In this document: positions 47,621-60,707 of the stretch, in pieces
How the letters are laid out: every line of letters starts with the position of its first letter
Position numbering within the stretch: the stretch's first letter is position 1
Assembly: GCA_964234715.1 (NCBI GenBank)
Contig: OZ174281.1
Strand: one strand, 5' to 3'
DNA: 64,000 bases
DNA from: Podarcis melisellensis
Taxonomy: Eukaryota
Notes under the pieces: generated by a model
Seen by the model: only the letters and a program-made list of their open reading frames with translations
Database searches by the model: none
What the model was told of the DNA's origin: nothing
Position numbers and translations under genes: made by a program

Positions 47621-49559
47621 GTCTAAATGGTCTGCATGCTTTTTAAATGCCCGTGTGGTACGACAGTTCTATCCAAGACCGTTCTTGTAAATTTTAAATT
47701 TAAATGTATAAGATAATTTGTATGAATATAAAATGCCTGTATTATTTCAAAAGAAACAGCATTCTGAAACTTTCAGTGTATGGCAAAGCTCATAATTCTA
47801 ATGAGAGTTCATGTTTGCACAGCAAAACATCTAAGTAAAATGGTTCAAATAAATTGCTTGGGACAAGGCAAAATAGTGTTTGTTCTAACCATTTTTCTTC
47901 ATGCACAGTATCTTCCTAACTCTTCTTTGTAATTCCATAGAAGAATAACTGTAGAATTCAATCTACATTTAATGTCCAAGAGTTTCAAAACTTCTGGAAA
48001 TCTTGTGAACTTTATGTAACCCTGAGCTCTTTGCTCTGGATATAGGGGCACTATAAATAGACACTTGATGACAAAGATACACATTACTGCACTTTCTCTT
48101 TTCACCACACAGAAGTAAAATAAGCAAAAATAGCAGTGGCCCATTTCAAATGTTATCATTCCACTCTGATGAACTGTGGGTCCATGGGCAGGAAGAAGCT
48201 GTTTCCTTGCATCCCTGGTTTCAGTGAAGATTTTTGTTGTTTCTTAAGCCCCCAGTTTCCGATGACACCCAAACTGAGTGACTGTGACTTGAGAGCTCTT
48301 GCCAAGCTATGATATGAAGCCAGGGTCAGATCCTATCTTCATACCTTGGTTTGTGGAGATATTTCCTTTTGCATATTCTGTGTAAGGCAGGCATGTCTAA
48401 AGTCTGTTTTGGGGGCCTAATCTGGCCCCCGTGGCAGGATATGTCCTGGGGTAAAATTCTAAAAAAAAAAGCTGAACAATTTTGGGGTAAACATTTTTTT
48501 AAAAGCACAACAACTGTGGTCGGCCCTCACGCATGTTCACTTTGGTCCTCTTTGGAAAAAAGTTTGATCCTCTTTGAAAACGTTTGGGCACCCCTGGACT
48601 ATAAGGTCTCAAAGTGGCGGGTGGGGTGGTATTTTGTTTGGAGAGGGAAACTATAACTGAAGTTGGACTTCCTCCTTGCAAAAAAACCCTGTTAATTCAG
48701 GACACTGAAAGTGAGAAGGCAGAAGCAGGTGCCACTTTGTGCATCCACCTATCAGCACTTCTCATAACATTTGAAGCCACTCCTCTTTTAAATTACTCAG
48801 AACGGAACGTACATTCCTGTAAATGCTCATCCTGGGAAGAAGTTGTTCCTTGCTTACACCAGGCTCTCAGAAGAGCTATAAGAATATTAAGTCATAGATT
48901 TAAAATATAAACACACAGTGATGGCCTTGGCTTTTCAGGAATATTTGTCATCTGTTTCATTTTATAATCTTTATGTGTGTCTAAAATGGAAATTCTGTCA
49001 AACAAAACCCTAACATATTCAGTAATGATTCTGAACAGTCAGCTGAAAAATATGCAGTTTACATACTTGTTGGATATCGCAGCCTGACTAGCTTATGGAA
49101 GTATGAGTGCTATGCACTGCCACCTTGCTTCATCTAACTCCACAACAAACGTCATCTATATCTTCGTAATTTGAATAAACAGCACACGCACAGTGAGGAG
49201 GTGGTACTAAATTACTCAGTGGTTCCTTTCCATTTCTCATGTGCCATTTATATACGTTTTTCATTTCCGTTAGCTTCTTGTATCTATCCTTGATGAGAAA
49301 GTGCTAGTATGCATTCTCTTGATCATAGAAAAAAATGGAGCTAATCGACTGTCCTTCATTAATGCTTTTAATTGCAGAACAGCATTAGCAGAAAATGATT
49401 TTGTATACTCGGGGTCTTGGCTCAGTGGTAGAGCAAAAGGTCTCCGGTCTTCCTGGCTCTGGCATCTCCAGGAAGAGCTAGGAATATCCCATCTAAATTT
49501 CTGGAGAACTACTGACTGTCATTGTGCACAATACTGAGCTAGTTCGGCCAATGTCTGTA

Positions 49560-49777
49560 CAGTAGTGCCTTGGGTTACAGACTCTTCAGGTTACAGACTC
49601 TGCTAACCCAGAAATAGTACCTCAGGTTAAGAACTTTGCTTCAGGATGAGAACAGAAATCGTGCTATGGCAGCAGCAGGAGGCTCCATTAGCTAAAGTGG
49701 TACCTCAGGTTAGGAACAGTTTCAGGTTAAGAACAGACCTCCAGAACGAATTAAGTTCTTAACCCGAGGTACCACTG
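49560..49777. mobile_element. Tc1/mariner-type MITE
   Basis: TA TSD; TIRs; highly similar to the 57505 and 59393 copies. Confidence 0.85.
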
Positions 49778-50464
49778 TAGAGTGTAACATGTGAAAGCAA
49801 GCTGTAGTGAGAAACCATGTTATTCCTTCCCAGTCTATATAGTACATTTTGGCAGTTTCATGAGCAAGCCTAGTAGCCAAGTCAGGAGTCATATCATTAT
49901 AGTGTCAAGGTAAAGAAAAGGAGCCGATGAAGTCGAGTGAGGAGCCAGAATGACTGAAGTTAAGATTGCTGCGCACATCACAGCTGCAAGACAAAGGCTG
50001 CTTCACATCACGTAGCATTTGTCTCTGTGGTAAACTGTTGGCATGTAATGGCTCACCACAGAAAATCAAGGCCATTTTGAAAAGGAGACAATCTGTTCTA
50101 TGTTGTGTCTCAAGCTCCAGGAGAAAGTACACTAGCAGCACCCATGAACAAAATCCAGCCCATGTATTGCATAAAAGCAAATGAAAATCATTTACTTATG
50201 TTATTGAATCCGTAGAATTTTCTCACCAACAGAATGCAAATAGCACTGTTAAGTGTCACAAGGAATACATTCCCTTGCATACACTACCTTTAAAGCCTCG
50301 GCTCATACCCCATGAGGGTACAGTAGGTATTCTCATGTCACACTAATAGCCTCACAGTAAACTACAAACTATTTTAAATGCTTGGGGTAGCAGAAGTGCT
50401 GGCCTGCATGTGTGCCATTTCTATAGTGACATATGAAGGACTATAACTTGCCAGTAATACCATT

Positions 50465-50590
50465 GCAGAGTTGGAAGGGATCCCAATGGCCATCTAGTCT
50501 AACCCCCAGCAATGCAAGAATCTCAACCAGATCATACATGACAGATGGCCATCCAATCTCTGCTTATAAACCTCCAAGGAAAGAGTCTGC
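50465..50590 (-). mobile_element. CR1 3' fragment
   Basis: GAGTTGGAAGGGATCCCAATGGCCATCTAGTCTAACCCCC, similar to the 18470 copy. Confidence 0.6.
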
Positions 50591-50679
50591 TGCCTCATAC
50601 CGAGAGTACGTGAACTGGAGCAATGGGGCAGGGGAGGAGAGACTTTGATTGTACTGTTATTCAGATGCGAATCAATGCA

Positions 50680-50984
50680 TGGGATGCGGGTGGCACTGTG
50701 ATCTAAACCACAGAGCCTAGGGCTTGCAGATCAGAAGGTTGGCGGTTCGAATCCCCGTGACTGGGTGAGCTCCCGTTGCTTGATCCTGCCACCTAGCAGT
50801 TCGAAAGCATGTAGATAAATAGGTACCACTCTGGCGGGAAAATAAATGGTGTTTCCGTGCACTGTTGGCCACATGACCCGTAAGCTGTACCTGGAAGGCT
50901 CCCTCGGCCAGTAAAGTGAGATGAGCGATGCAACCCCAAAGTCATCCGCAACTGGACCTAATAGTCAGGGGTCCCGTTACCTTT
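50680..50984 (+). mobile_element. Sauria SINE, near full length
   Basis: A-box-like TGGCACTGTG; B box GGTTCGAATCC; ACCTTT tail; 10-bp TSD AATCAATGCA at 50670-50679 / 50985-50994. Confidence 0.88.
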
Positions 50985-53900
50985 AATCAATGCACAACGA
51001 AATCAGCTCTAAATTCATCCAGGAGACAGCAGCTTCCTGCAAAGGGTGGGAACTTAAGAGATGCTCCGATTGAAGTTGCCATTAGCTTAACCTCATTATT
51101 CCACACTCACATGTAGGAACAACCAGTTTGTGCTTACTGATGGCTATTTGTTACAAGCAGAGGAGTTTTAAGCAGACGAGTTTTAAACAAGTGAGTTTTA
51201 ACAAGTGAGTTATTGTCACAGACAGAAGTCAGGGAGCAGCTCAAACAGAAGTCTGTCTTCAATGCCATCTTTTTGGGGAAGTGGTTGATGGCGTAGGACT
51301 TTGTGCAGACTGGGTAGCGGTTTTGGTGGATCTCGTAGAAAAGGTGGAGGCCTTCCTTTGCAAACAAATAGGCATGCAATTTCTAAGTGCACGGGCATGC
51401 ACTTTTTTGGCACAGTGCTTCTTTGAACTGAAACACTGACCAAAAAACCCCACAAAAAGTTTGTAACATGCAAGACATATTTACAAGGCTGTATATAAAA
51501 GAAACTTATAGCTTGACATGGCAGGGTATGTCCAGATTTAGGCAGCCTTATCAGGACCATGGATAGCTCCCAGTGAGTTCTGCTCCCGGTGAGTTCTGCT
51601 ACCCTTCCTCCCACTCTTCATTGTGGGTAATAATGGGATGTTGCCATAGCAGAGATGCTGCTTGGAGCCTTGTGAAAGCTGGAAAGACCTCCCCTTCTGT
51701 GGGAGCTGCCTGGACAAGGGGCAGGATCCCTTGTTCTGTAACCACAACCTTTTACAAGATGGGAATGTTGGAGATGCTGCTCGTCTTCAGATACTGATGG
51801 CAAAAGGGCCGTTTCCTCTGGCCAAGAGGGCACAGGAGGAAGTGCTGAAGATTCTGTCCTGTGTCCAAATTGCTGTTGTAATTTGCAAACCCACAGGGGA
51901 TGAGAAGTTGAGATGTATTAAAAGGCTTACTTGAGATAATGTGAGCCAGGGTTTGTTAATATGGAACTGTGGTGTAAAATTATTATTTAATTAAAAATAA
52001 TTAGTAGCAGCAACCACTTTATTATTACACTTACAGTACTCTATCAACTTTTCATGTTCATTGTTATAACACTACTAGTCTTTGCAGATTGGAGAATGGA
52101 GGACGTGGTATGATTTGCCTTGGCGAAGCTGGGTCTTATCTGGCTTTAGAATTCATCTCTTTATTTTTGTACCCATTGATTTTCAAACATGAGTAATGTT
52201 TTGTGTGCATCATGCTCTATGACTCACATGAGTAGGTAATCACAAGGCAAATTACTCAGCTGTCATTTCTGGATGGTCACCTCACCATTTCAAAGAGGAT
52301 CTTGTTTCTTTTGTATTGAACCTAGTGCAGGATGTCACTTACGTCCACATGGAATTCTCATTTATTTCATTCCATGAGTACAATCTGTCTTGGGGCACTA
52401 AGTAAGAGGCATTGGCATGAGAGCTCTCTAAAACTCCTCCAGACATTTTGTAAAACGAAGGTTCAAGTAATCCAAATATTGGTTGCTACTCTCCCCCTTC
52501 TAATACCCAAGCATCTACCATTCATTCCCTGAAGGCAATCCTTCTTGTAAATTACATTAGGTTTAGTCATAAGAGCTCTTCAGAATTCATCCTCATATCT
52601 TCTATTAGGCGTTGCGATCCTTCTCCCTTGTAATATTTTTATATACGGAACTTAACTTCAGCTGAATAGTAGTCACCTTTACATTCTGTAGCAGGAAAGT
52701 ATAGCATGACCTGTCTTCCTTACTAAAACAAGGCACTCAAAACCTATAAGAGACGTGTTAAAAAATGTATAAAACTCTAGCACACCACTGCAAATAATGT
52801 TAGTGAAACATCTGGTGTGCTCATGATCTCAATCCATTGTGGGACACTTTTGACACTCCAACCACCTTAACATTTAATTCACCCTGCCAAAAATAGTCAC
52901 CAAGGATAGAAATTAAGCCAAGAACATGTGAGAACTCAAAGCCTATAAAGATAACCAAGCTAGTGAGCTCTCGTCCCAGGGTAGCTTGGTCATTGCAATC
53001 CTACAAAATCCCAAAAAAGGAATGCTTTACCATAAGATGCACAAATGTGAGAAAAAATAGTTGCTGGAGCCCACACCAACTGTATTATATATGATATGAC
53101 AAACATTCCACTGGTTTCACAAACATGACATCAATTCTCATTTATTTATTAGTTATATTATTGTTGATTTCATTCTTCTTGCTGGTGCTTTGCTCTATGC
53201 TGCTACTTTCCCCCTTTCAAGCAGGAACATCCCTATTTATGTACCAATCCTCAGCATCTTTGAGTTAAATAACATAGGACAAGAACTCTCAGCAGTCCCA
53301 GATTACTCTGGGCCAGGTTGGAGCCATCCAGAGTGATCTAGGTCTGTCAAAAGGGGGGAGATGGTCTGGCAGCAAGAAACAGTGTGGGGCAGAAGGATGC
53401 TCCCAGACAGCCTATAAATGTCTCCTCCATCCTACCCCTGACCACAAAGTCCTAAAACTTGATTAAATACTTGGTCCAGAGAGGAGGGAGGGGAGGCATA
53501 TCTCTCCTACGTCCCCTGATTGCATGGCTATGAAAGGCCCACAAACCAGTTTGGAGCCTAGATCATCCCAGGCCACTCAAACAATGCCAAACTGGACCCT
53601 GAATCATATTGGGGAACACATGGAAGAGAAGGCTTATGGGCCTGCTTCTGGAACTAATATGGGAGCAAATGATTGGATTTCATTCCTGCACCATGGTCCT
53701 AACCTAAACCTGCGTGGCAACAGCTGCTTTTTGTAAATGAAGCTCCCTTTTCATTTGATGCTCTGAAAAGTTGTTTCTAATGGTACTTGGAATTCACCAG
53801 GGAACCTATAGGTCAACACTAAGAAAGCAGTCAAGCTAAATCAATGTTGTGCATCAAGAGCCTGTGCTGCCCAATCAAGATTTTGTGCAAGAATAATTTC

Positions 53901-56900
53901 AGACACTGACCAGTGGCAAGAAATGTGTTTGCCAACAAGGAATGGTACTTCCAAGGTGGACATGTAAAAAGGCTAAAATATATTGGCTACAAATGCATAC
54001 ATTGATATAGCAGATTTTAAAGGTTAATATTCAATTGAAGCTGGAACTCTTTCTTTTGGGCTTAATGGATACAGAACCAGAAAAGAATGATAGAAGATTA
54101 CTCCAACGTGTGCTTACAATGGCAAGATTATTATATGCACAAAGATGAAAAAATACAGCCCTGGCTGATAAAATTATTAAACTAGGCTGAGATGGCAAAT
54201 AATTGTTGACATTTATTCAGGACTGGTAACTTCTTACTGACTTTCTGTGTGAAAGAGAAAATGAACTTGTAGCACAGTGATTTGAAGATTGAAAAAATAT
54301 TGGTTTACAGAGGATAGAATGGTTGGCTCTTAAAGAGTGGATACTATATTTAGCTGCAGGACAATGAATCTGAAGTCTTTATCATTCTTTAATTTTTTTC
54401 TTTCGCATTCTCTTCTTTTTCTTTTCATATTTATGCCTTTGTTCTTTTTTAGATTAAGCAGCTGATTTATTTCAGGGTATTATAAAAAGATACTTGTAAT
54501 GGGTATGAACTTTTGTATATCTCTGAATGAGTAGCAGTAATAGTGACTTACGGTATTTACAGAGTTCCCTACCAATAGCACCAAAGCAAGACTGTAAAAT
54601 ACAATAAACCATGGACATAATTCAGCTAAAGCAAAGTGCTTCGAAATCAGATTCATTTATGCACGAGAGGGTTAACTTTGAAATCAGGACTTCCGAGGGC
54701 TTCACTGTGGCTTGGCTGTGCCCAGTGTAAAAAAGAAAGAAAGACTTAAAACATTTATATATTTCCTACAAGGGGATTATATAGTAATAGAAGGGAACAT
54801 AATACTGTACAGAAGTGGTTTTCACATTTTCGGTCTACAGAAAACCACTTTTCCAGATTTTTTGATCTGCTGACAAATTCTTACACATCTGCTGCATAAC
54901 CGCAGAAAAGTCTCGAGGATGGTTTAGGATGTGTTATTGATTCACTGGCTTGGCCTATTGGCTTGTGGAAACTGAATGTTCCAGAACATATCCAACAATC
55001 CTCTGCAGCTGTGCACTGCAAGGAGAGATGAGTGACGGAAGAAAAGTTGTCCTTCAAGAAAACACAGCTCATTCCACTATCAGAACCTAAAAAGAGCCCT
55101 GCTGGAGCCATTCAAAAGGCCCATTTAGTCCAGCATCCTGTTCACAGTGGCTAACCAGATGCCTGCGGAAAGCCCTTAAGGCAGATTGTCTTCCACTATT
55201 CAGCTTTTAACTGAGGAATCCCAGAGTTCCTCAGAATACTGTACTACTGGGGGGGGGGGATAGGTTGCAATCCTGTGTGCACTTGTTTTCCTGGGGTTAA
55301 ACCACATTGTGCACAATGAGACTTCTATGTGTAGGAGTGCCGTCTCCAAGTGACCCTTGGTTTCTGAGATGGGCCATTGCCAACATCTGTTAATATTGCA
55401 GTAGCAGCCAGTGTGTTGGGGCAAGCCCCCCACCATCCCAAGACTGGTGCTGCTTCACCTTACCTGGATGAGACTGGAGTGGGCAGAGCTGCTCCATCCA
55501 TTGCTGTAGCAATACTGGTGTCAGGAGGGAGCTCTGAGTATCTCTGACCCACCATGCCAGCTTCTGTTGGATATTTGTATAGCTTCCGTTAGTTAGCTGT
55601 ACACACTGTTTTTGCAAAATGGCTTCTAGGAAATACTTCTTATTTTTGCTAGTGCATAGCTAAAAGGAATGTCCTAACTAGATTGTACCAAGGTTCCACT
55701 TACATGTCAGGAAAATGCATTTGGTTTGTAACAGCTGTCCGAGCGTTATAATAAAAGAAGCTTTATTTCCACTCCATGCCTGGTTTATTGAGTATTTAAT
55801 TTTTCATCATCAGCGGCACCTTGTATGCATTCCATGAACACATGCCTGGCATTTAATACAGCCAGAGTTCTGCTCTTTCAATTACTTGTCTTGAGTCCTC
55901 ATGGATAGGGTCAATTATAAATAGCAAAGGAAACAGTCCTTCTCTAATTATGTTGAAATACCAGTTATTTCCTTTAGTTGCTGCTATGTTATTTTCTTTA
56001 ACCAATCAAAAGTTACCCTCTGACATGTCATTAAAAAGCAGCTAAGGACCAATGAGTTTGAATGCAATGCCCAGTAAAAGATGTCTGCCCTTTTTTGATC
56101 CTACTGTACCTTACAAGGAAAAAGATGGTCTCTAATGACAACTGACATAACAGAAAATGCATTAAAAGCACATAGACACTTCTAGAAACTGTGCTAGCCT
56201 AGCTCTTTCCTGGCAAATGAAAGCCACATGTACATTGTATCTCTCAGAGGACTCTGCTAAAAGCACACAGCCAACCCTTTAACCCTCATTCATTTTATTA
56301 TCTACCAGTTTGTGTAAGCGAGCTGTCCTACACAACTTTATACTGCACCTATGTTCCTTTAATGTCACAATGCTACTTTCCCCTCTGCCACACTCTTATA
56401 CACCCAGTCTTTCACAAAGCTAGAAGAACTTGAATATTTGGTATTTAGTCTACACTTTCCTGTAAATCAAGCTTCACTTTTATTAACCTGAGCACTTCAG
56501 TAGAAAAAGATATAAATGCAGACAGTAGTGGAAGGAAGAGAAATGGAAGACTGAATCTGACTGAAATAAAAGATGGCACTGATGAGGTAAAAAAAAGACC
56601 CAGTCAGCTGCAATTCACTCTGGCAGAGAACAAGCCTTGAGGAAAGCTTTTCTTCTGAAAACTGGTCTAAACAATAGATGTTGTATTTGTTGCCACAGAA
56701 GAAAGGGTGTGATTTGCTCAGGGAAGAAAGGGAGGCTGTCCACTTCTTCCCCAAGCAGCTCCTCTGGTTTGCTTCTGTGCAATTTGGTGACCAGGAACTA
56801 TATAAATGCTCTCCTTCCCTAGCTTTATTATTTTCCTCCTCGCAGACTCTAGCTTCAGGTCATGGACCGGTTGGATGCAGAGGGATGGTGGGTGGAACCA

Positions 56901-57504
56901 GCTAGGGAACTACCGAGGGAAGAGCCAGGGGATTGATTCTAGGCTGATGTTGAGCTGTCAGAGGGAGAAGAGGAGGACGACAGTTAGGAGCGTCCTCCTG
57001 TCGTGTAGGACCCTGGTAGAGACACATGCCCAACTGGCATGTTCTCTCCCTCCTGGTCAATCTTTCGGGAGCTTCAAAAGCTTTCTTCTGCCTGAACATC
57101 ACAGCTACTGATGACAACAGACATTGGCACACTTAGGGATACGCAGAGTCTCCACGGTTTGCGTAACAGAACCAATATCACAGCATTTTGGCTAATCTAC
57201 GTTTATTTACATATAATACACTCAGTGCTTTCTGACTTAGCTCCTCCCTCTTTCTCATCAGACACCAAAGAGAGAAAGGAACAAAGGACAATAGTCCCAC
57301 TTCATGGAACACTGTAACAGAAACATCCTGTCTCCGTCACTTCGCACACTGTGGAATGAAAACATACACCGTCATGTGATAGACAACAATCCCATAACTG
57401 CAGGCATGGGGAATGAATCTCCAACAATGACTAGGAGAAGGAGGTGTTGGAAGCTGAAGAGGTAGCAGGGTTTAGTAAGCAGGCAGAGGCTGTGGCAGAG
57501 AGTA

Positions 57505-57719
57505 CAGCGGTACCTCGGGTTACAGACGCTTCAGGTTACAGACTTTGCTAACCCAGAAATAGTACCTCAGGTTAAGAACTTTGCTTCAGGATGAGAACAG
57601 AAATCGTGTGGCGGCAGCTGGAAGCCCCATTAGCTAAAGTGGTGTCTCAGGTTAAGAGCAGTTTCAGGTTAAGAACGGACCTCCAGAACGAATTAAGTTC
57701 TTAACCCAAGGTACCACTG
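57505..57719. mobile_element. Tc1/mariner-type MITE
   Basis: TA-CAGCGGTACCTCGGGTTA...TAACCCAAGGTACCACTG-TA. Confidence 0.85.
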
Positions 57720-59392
57720 TAGTCTAGAATCAGAGGCAGAAGCTGAAGCAGGAGAGTGAGATGAGGAAGGCCAAGAGGCAGAGATGAGCCAGGCTGGGCA
57801 TCTCCCCCTCCTACTGTGACAGGCTCCCCTCCCCTTGTCTCCCAGAACCAGAAGAGGCATGAAAATATTGGCTTTGTGCAGGCACATTCCCCTATTGCTT
57901 GATTGTGTTCTTGCTAGTAAAGAGTTAATTCCAACTTGAACAGTGTGGTTTACTGCCAACTCACTGTCACTTCTCCTCCCATGTGTGTTTGTGTGTGTGC
58001 ACACGTGCACATGAGTGTGTGCTAGCACTAGGGAGGATAGAAAAAGTGTGTGTCAGGAAAGAAAGACACACACAGAGAGACAGACAGATTGTGTGATAGG
58101 GCCTGCCTCCAACTCACCAGATTAAATGGCCACCCACTGCCAATGGATGCAACCCATTATGTATATCGGTTTTCAGTAACTCTTGAAATTGATACCTTTT
58201 AGTTTAGTCTCATGCTCTAGACATGTTTTTGCATATGGCAATATTGTGTCGTATCTAGAGGGCACTCTTGCATGCAGAAAGTATCTGCGATGAATTGCAA
58301 GCTTTCACGGCCAATAATGTTTTCCTGTGGGATGTGTTTAATAATAATAAACATAATGTAAAATATGCCAAAATTCCATTCCAAGGGGGAAAAAATATTA
58401 TTAAATTTCCAAAGGAATGACATAAATCAAATGCTTGTTTATGAGCTTCTATTTCAGTAGCACAGTATCTACAAACATTGTGCAAATCCCACAGGGAATA
58501 TTTTATGACATCACAAAGGAATCCCTTTGTTTATTTAAAGGAAAGGATGAAATGGGTGTATTAGCATATTCTTTCTGGCATCTAACAGAGTCCTAATGCA
58601 TTCTTTTAAATTCATTATCTCACTTTCCTCTTATTGTGAAAGTCCAGACTTGAGCACGCAAGTCTGTCCTTAATAATATAAAAACCATGAACAAATTATG
58701 TTTTATAGTTATAGTCAAAGCTGTTGACAACTTGTCCTTTCAGCATATTGCATTAAAGAGGAAGTATAAATGTTTATCCAACTTTTTAAATTTTAAACAT
58801 TGCCAACAGAGAGGCAATACTAAATAAAACTGTGCTCTGAAGCTCTTCTCCCCTCTATGTAGTCTCACCGATTGCTTCTGAAATGACAGTTAATAAGGTA
58901 ATGCTGTGAATAAGCTTTTTTCTACACTGGGCAACATAGGCAGCAAGTCTGTCACCATTGCATTGGCTGTTTGCACATCCTGCCTCAAGTGCTAGGTCAC
59001 AGTAGCGGGTTGTGTGAACTTTTGCCCTTTTTGATGGGTTACTTTAAGGAAGGAGAAATTGGATTGTGAAACTTCCTTGTGACTGACTCAACCTCTCAAG
59101 AATAAATGTGCTGGAAAGCCTTTGTGTGAGGTCCACTGAAAGAGCCTTCAAGGAGGCCTTAAATAAATTGCTTCACAGTTGGGGGGGGACGAGTGAGTTT
59201 GGCTGCACTTGATCATGGTCTTGGTAAATTGAAATGTGCTGACGTATTACTGAGCAACAATGATTTCCAATCAAAGAATATTCCAGGGTGGTATGCATTT
59301 ACAACGGGAGCAAAATACAACCAGAGAATGAAAACTAGCATTGCTTCCCTTTGGTTAATGTAAATCAAACCTGGACAGTTACTTTCACAATA

Positions 59393-59618
59393 CAGTGGTA
59401 CCTCGGGTTAAGTACTTAATTCATTCCAGAGGTCTGTTCTTAACCTGAAACTGTTCTTAACCTGAAGCACCACTTTAGATAATGGGGCCTCCTGCTGCTG
59501 CTGCTCCGTAAGAGCACAATTTCTGTTCTCATCCTGAAGCAAAGTTCTTAACCTGAAGCCCTATTTCTGGGTTAGCGGAGTCTGTAACCTGAAGCGTATG
59601 TAACCTGAGGTACCACTG
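59393..59618. mobile_element. Tc1/mariner-type MITE (opposite orientation to 57505)
   Basis: TA-CAGTGGTACCTCGGGTTA...TAACCTGAGGTACCACTG-TA. Confidence 0.85.
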
Positions 59619-60086
59619 TATAGTTGTTACAGACAGCCTCACTGAAGATGGGTGCTGGGTGACACTGCTAATATAATGGGTGCAATAATTAACACCCCCC
59701 ATCATATTCACACAGCAGAGGTCAATAATTAATTATTTGTACTACCTTTTATGTTTAACAGTCACAAAGGTATATTTCTGTGAAGACCCAGTCCCTACCC
59801 AGAGGTTCAAAGTATGAGGAGGCACTACAGGGGGCAACCATTTTGCATGCATCCAATTGGTGCATGACCGCTGATGCAGATCCTTTTGGACCAGGAAAAG
59901 GGCAAACCAGGGACAGGCGTAATGAGGCGGGCTTATGTACACTCCACCAATGTGTGCAGGAGCCCAGAATGGAAGCCCTGTACTGTACATTTATTTAATT
60001 GCACTCTTTGAGGTTTTAACAAAACTTAATTTAAAACACACACTATTTTCAGAGCAGCTTTTAAGCAGCATTCGTTTGAAACCAAG

Positions 60087-60707
60087 TGTCCTGAAACCCT
60101 GGCCTACCTTGCAGCAAGTCAGTATGCCAAGTCTAAAATCCAAAATCCAAGGGTCCAGAAACACAGTCCAGGGTCAATCCATGTAGAGTTGCAGACCAAG
60201 TCTGAAGCAGTCAGGATACAGTTCAGAGTCACACCCAAAGCACAGTACCCTAAGGGCCAGGAACATGGATCTCTGAGCAGACACAGACTCTCAGTTCTGC
60301 TTTAGCTTTTATACCTTCCATGCTGATTGCAGCATCTGGGCTTGGTGAGACATGTGACCCTCACCTGCTTCAAGCCTACTCCAGCTGAAGAAGAACACAC
60401 GTTCTTCCAGAGCTAGCAAGCCCCACCTGGCCAGCTAGGGAACTGGGCTGTGGGCCTTTGCATGCCTCAGCCTCCTGGAGTGCCCCGTCTGCTGCTCCCA
60501 ATGCCTCAGAGTCTGCTGTGTTCATGGGGACAGGGCCCTCTCTGGTGATGTGTCCTGCTGCTCTGGTTTCTGTGCACTGACCACCAATCCCTCGCCAACC
60601 TCCGTCGCCCTGTGAGTACTTTGTTCTCTATCCTCTGCTTCCCCAGTGTGTCCCAGTCCTGACTCCAACCTTCTTCCTTCTCCCCATCATCCTGCCAGTT
60701 CATGACA
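60087..60707 (-). mobile_element. Solo LTR, Gypsy-like
   Basis: TGTCCTGAA...TTCATGACA terminal inverted ends (8/9 match); 4-bp TSD CAAG on both sides; - strand GTATAAAA at ~60310. Confidence 0.65.

Noticed and set aside
49560-59618. Recurrent repeats suggesting a CRISPR-like array
   Set aside because: Eukaryotic DNA; these are dispersed MITE copies with no repeat-spacer periodicity
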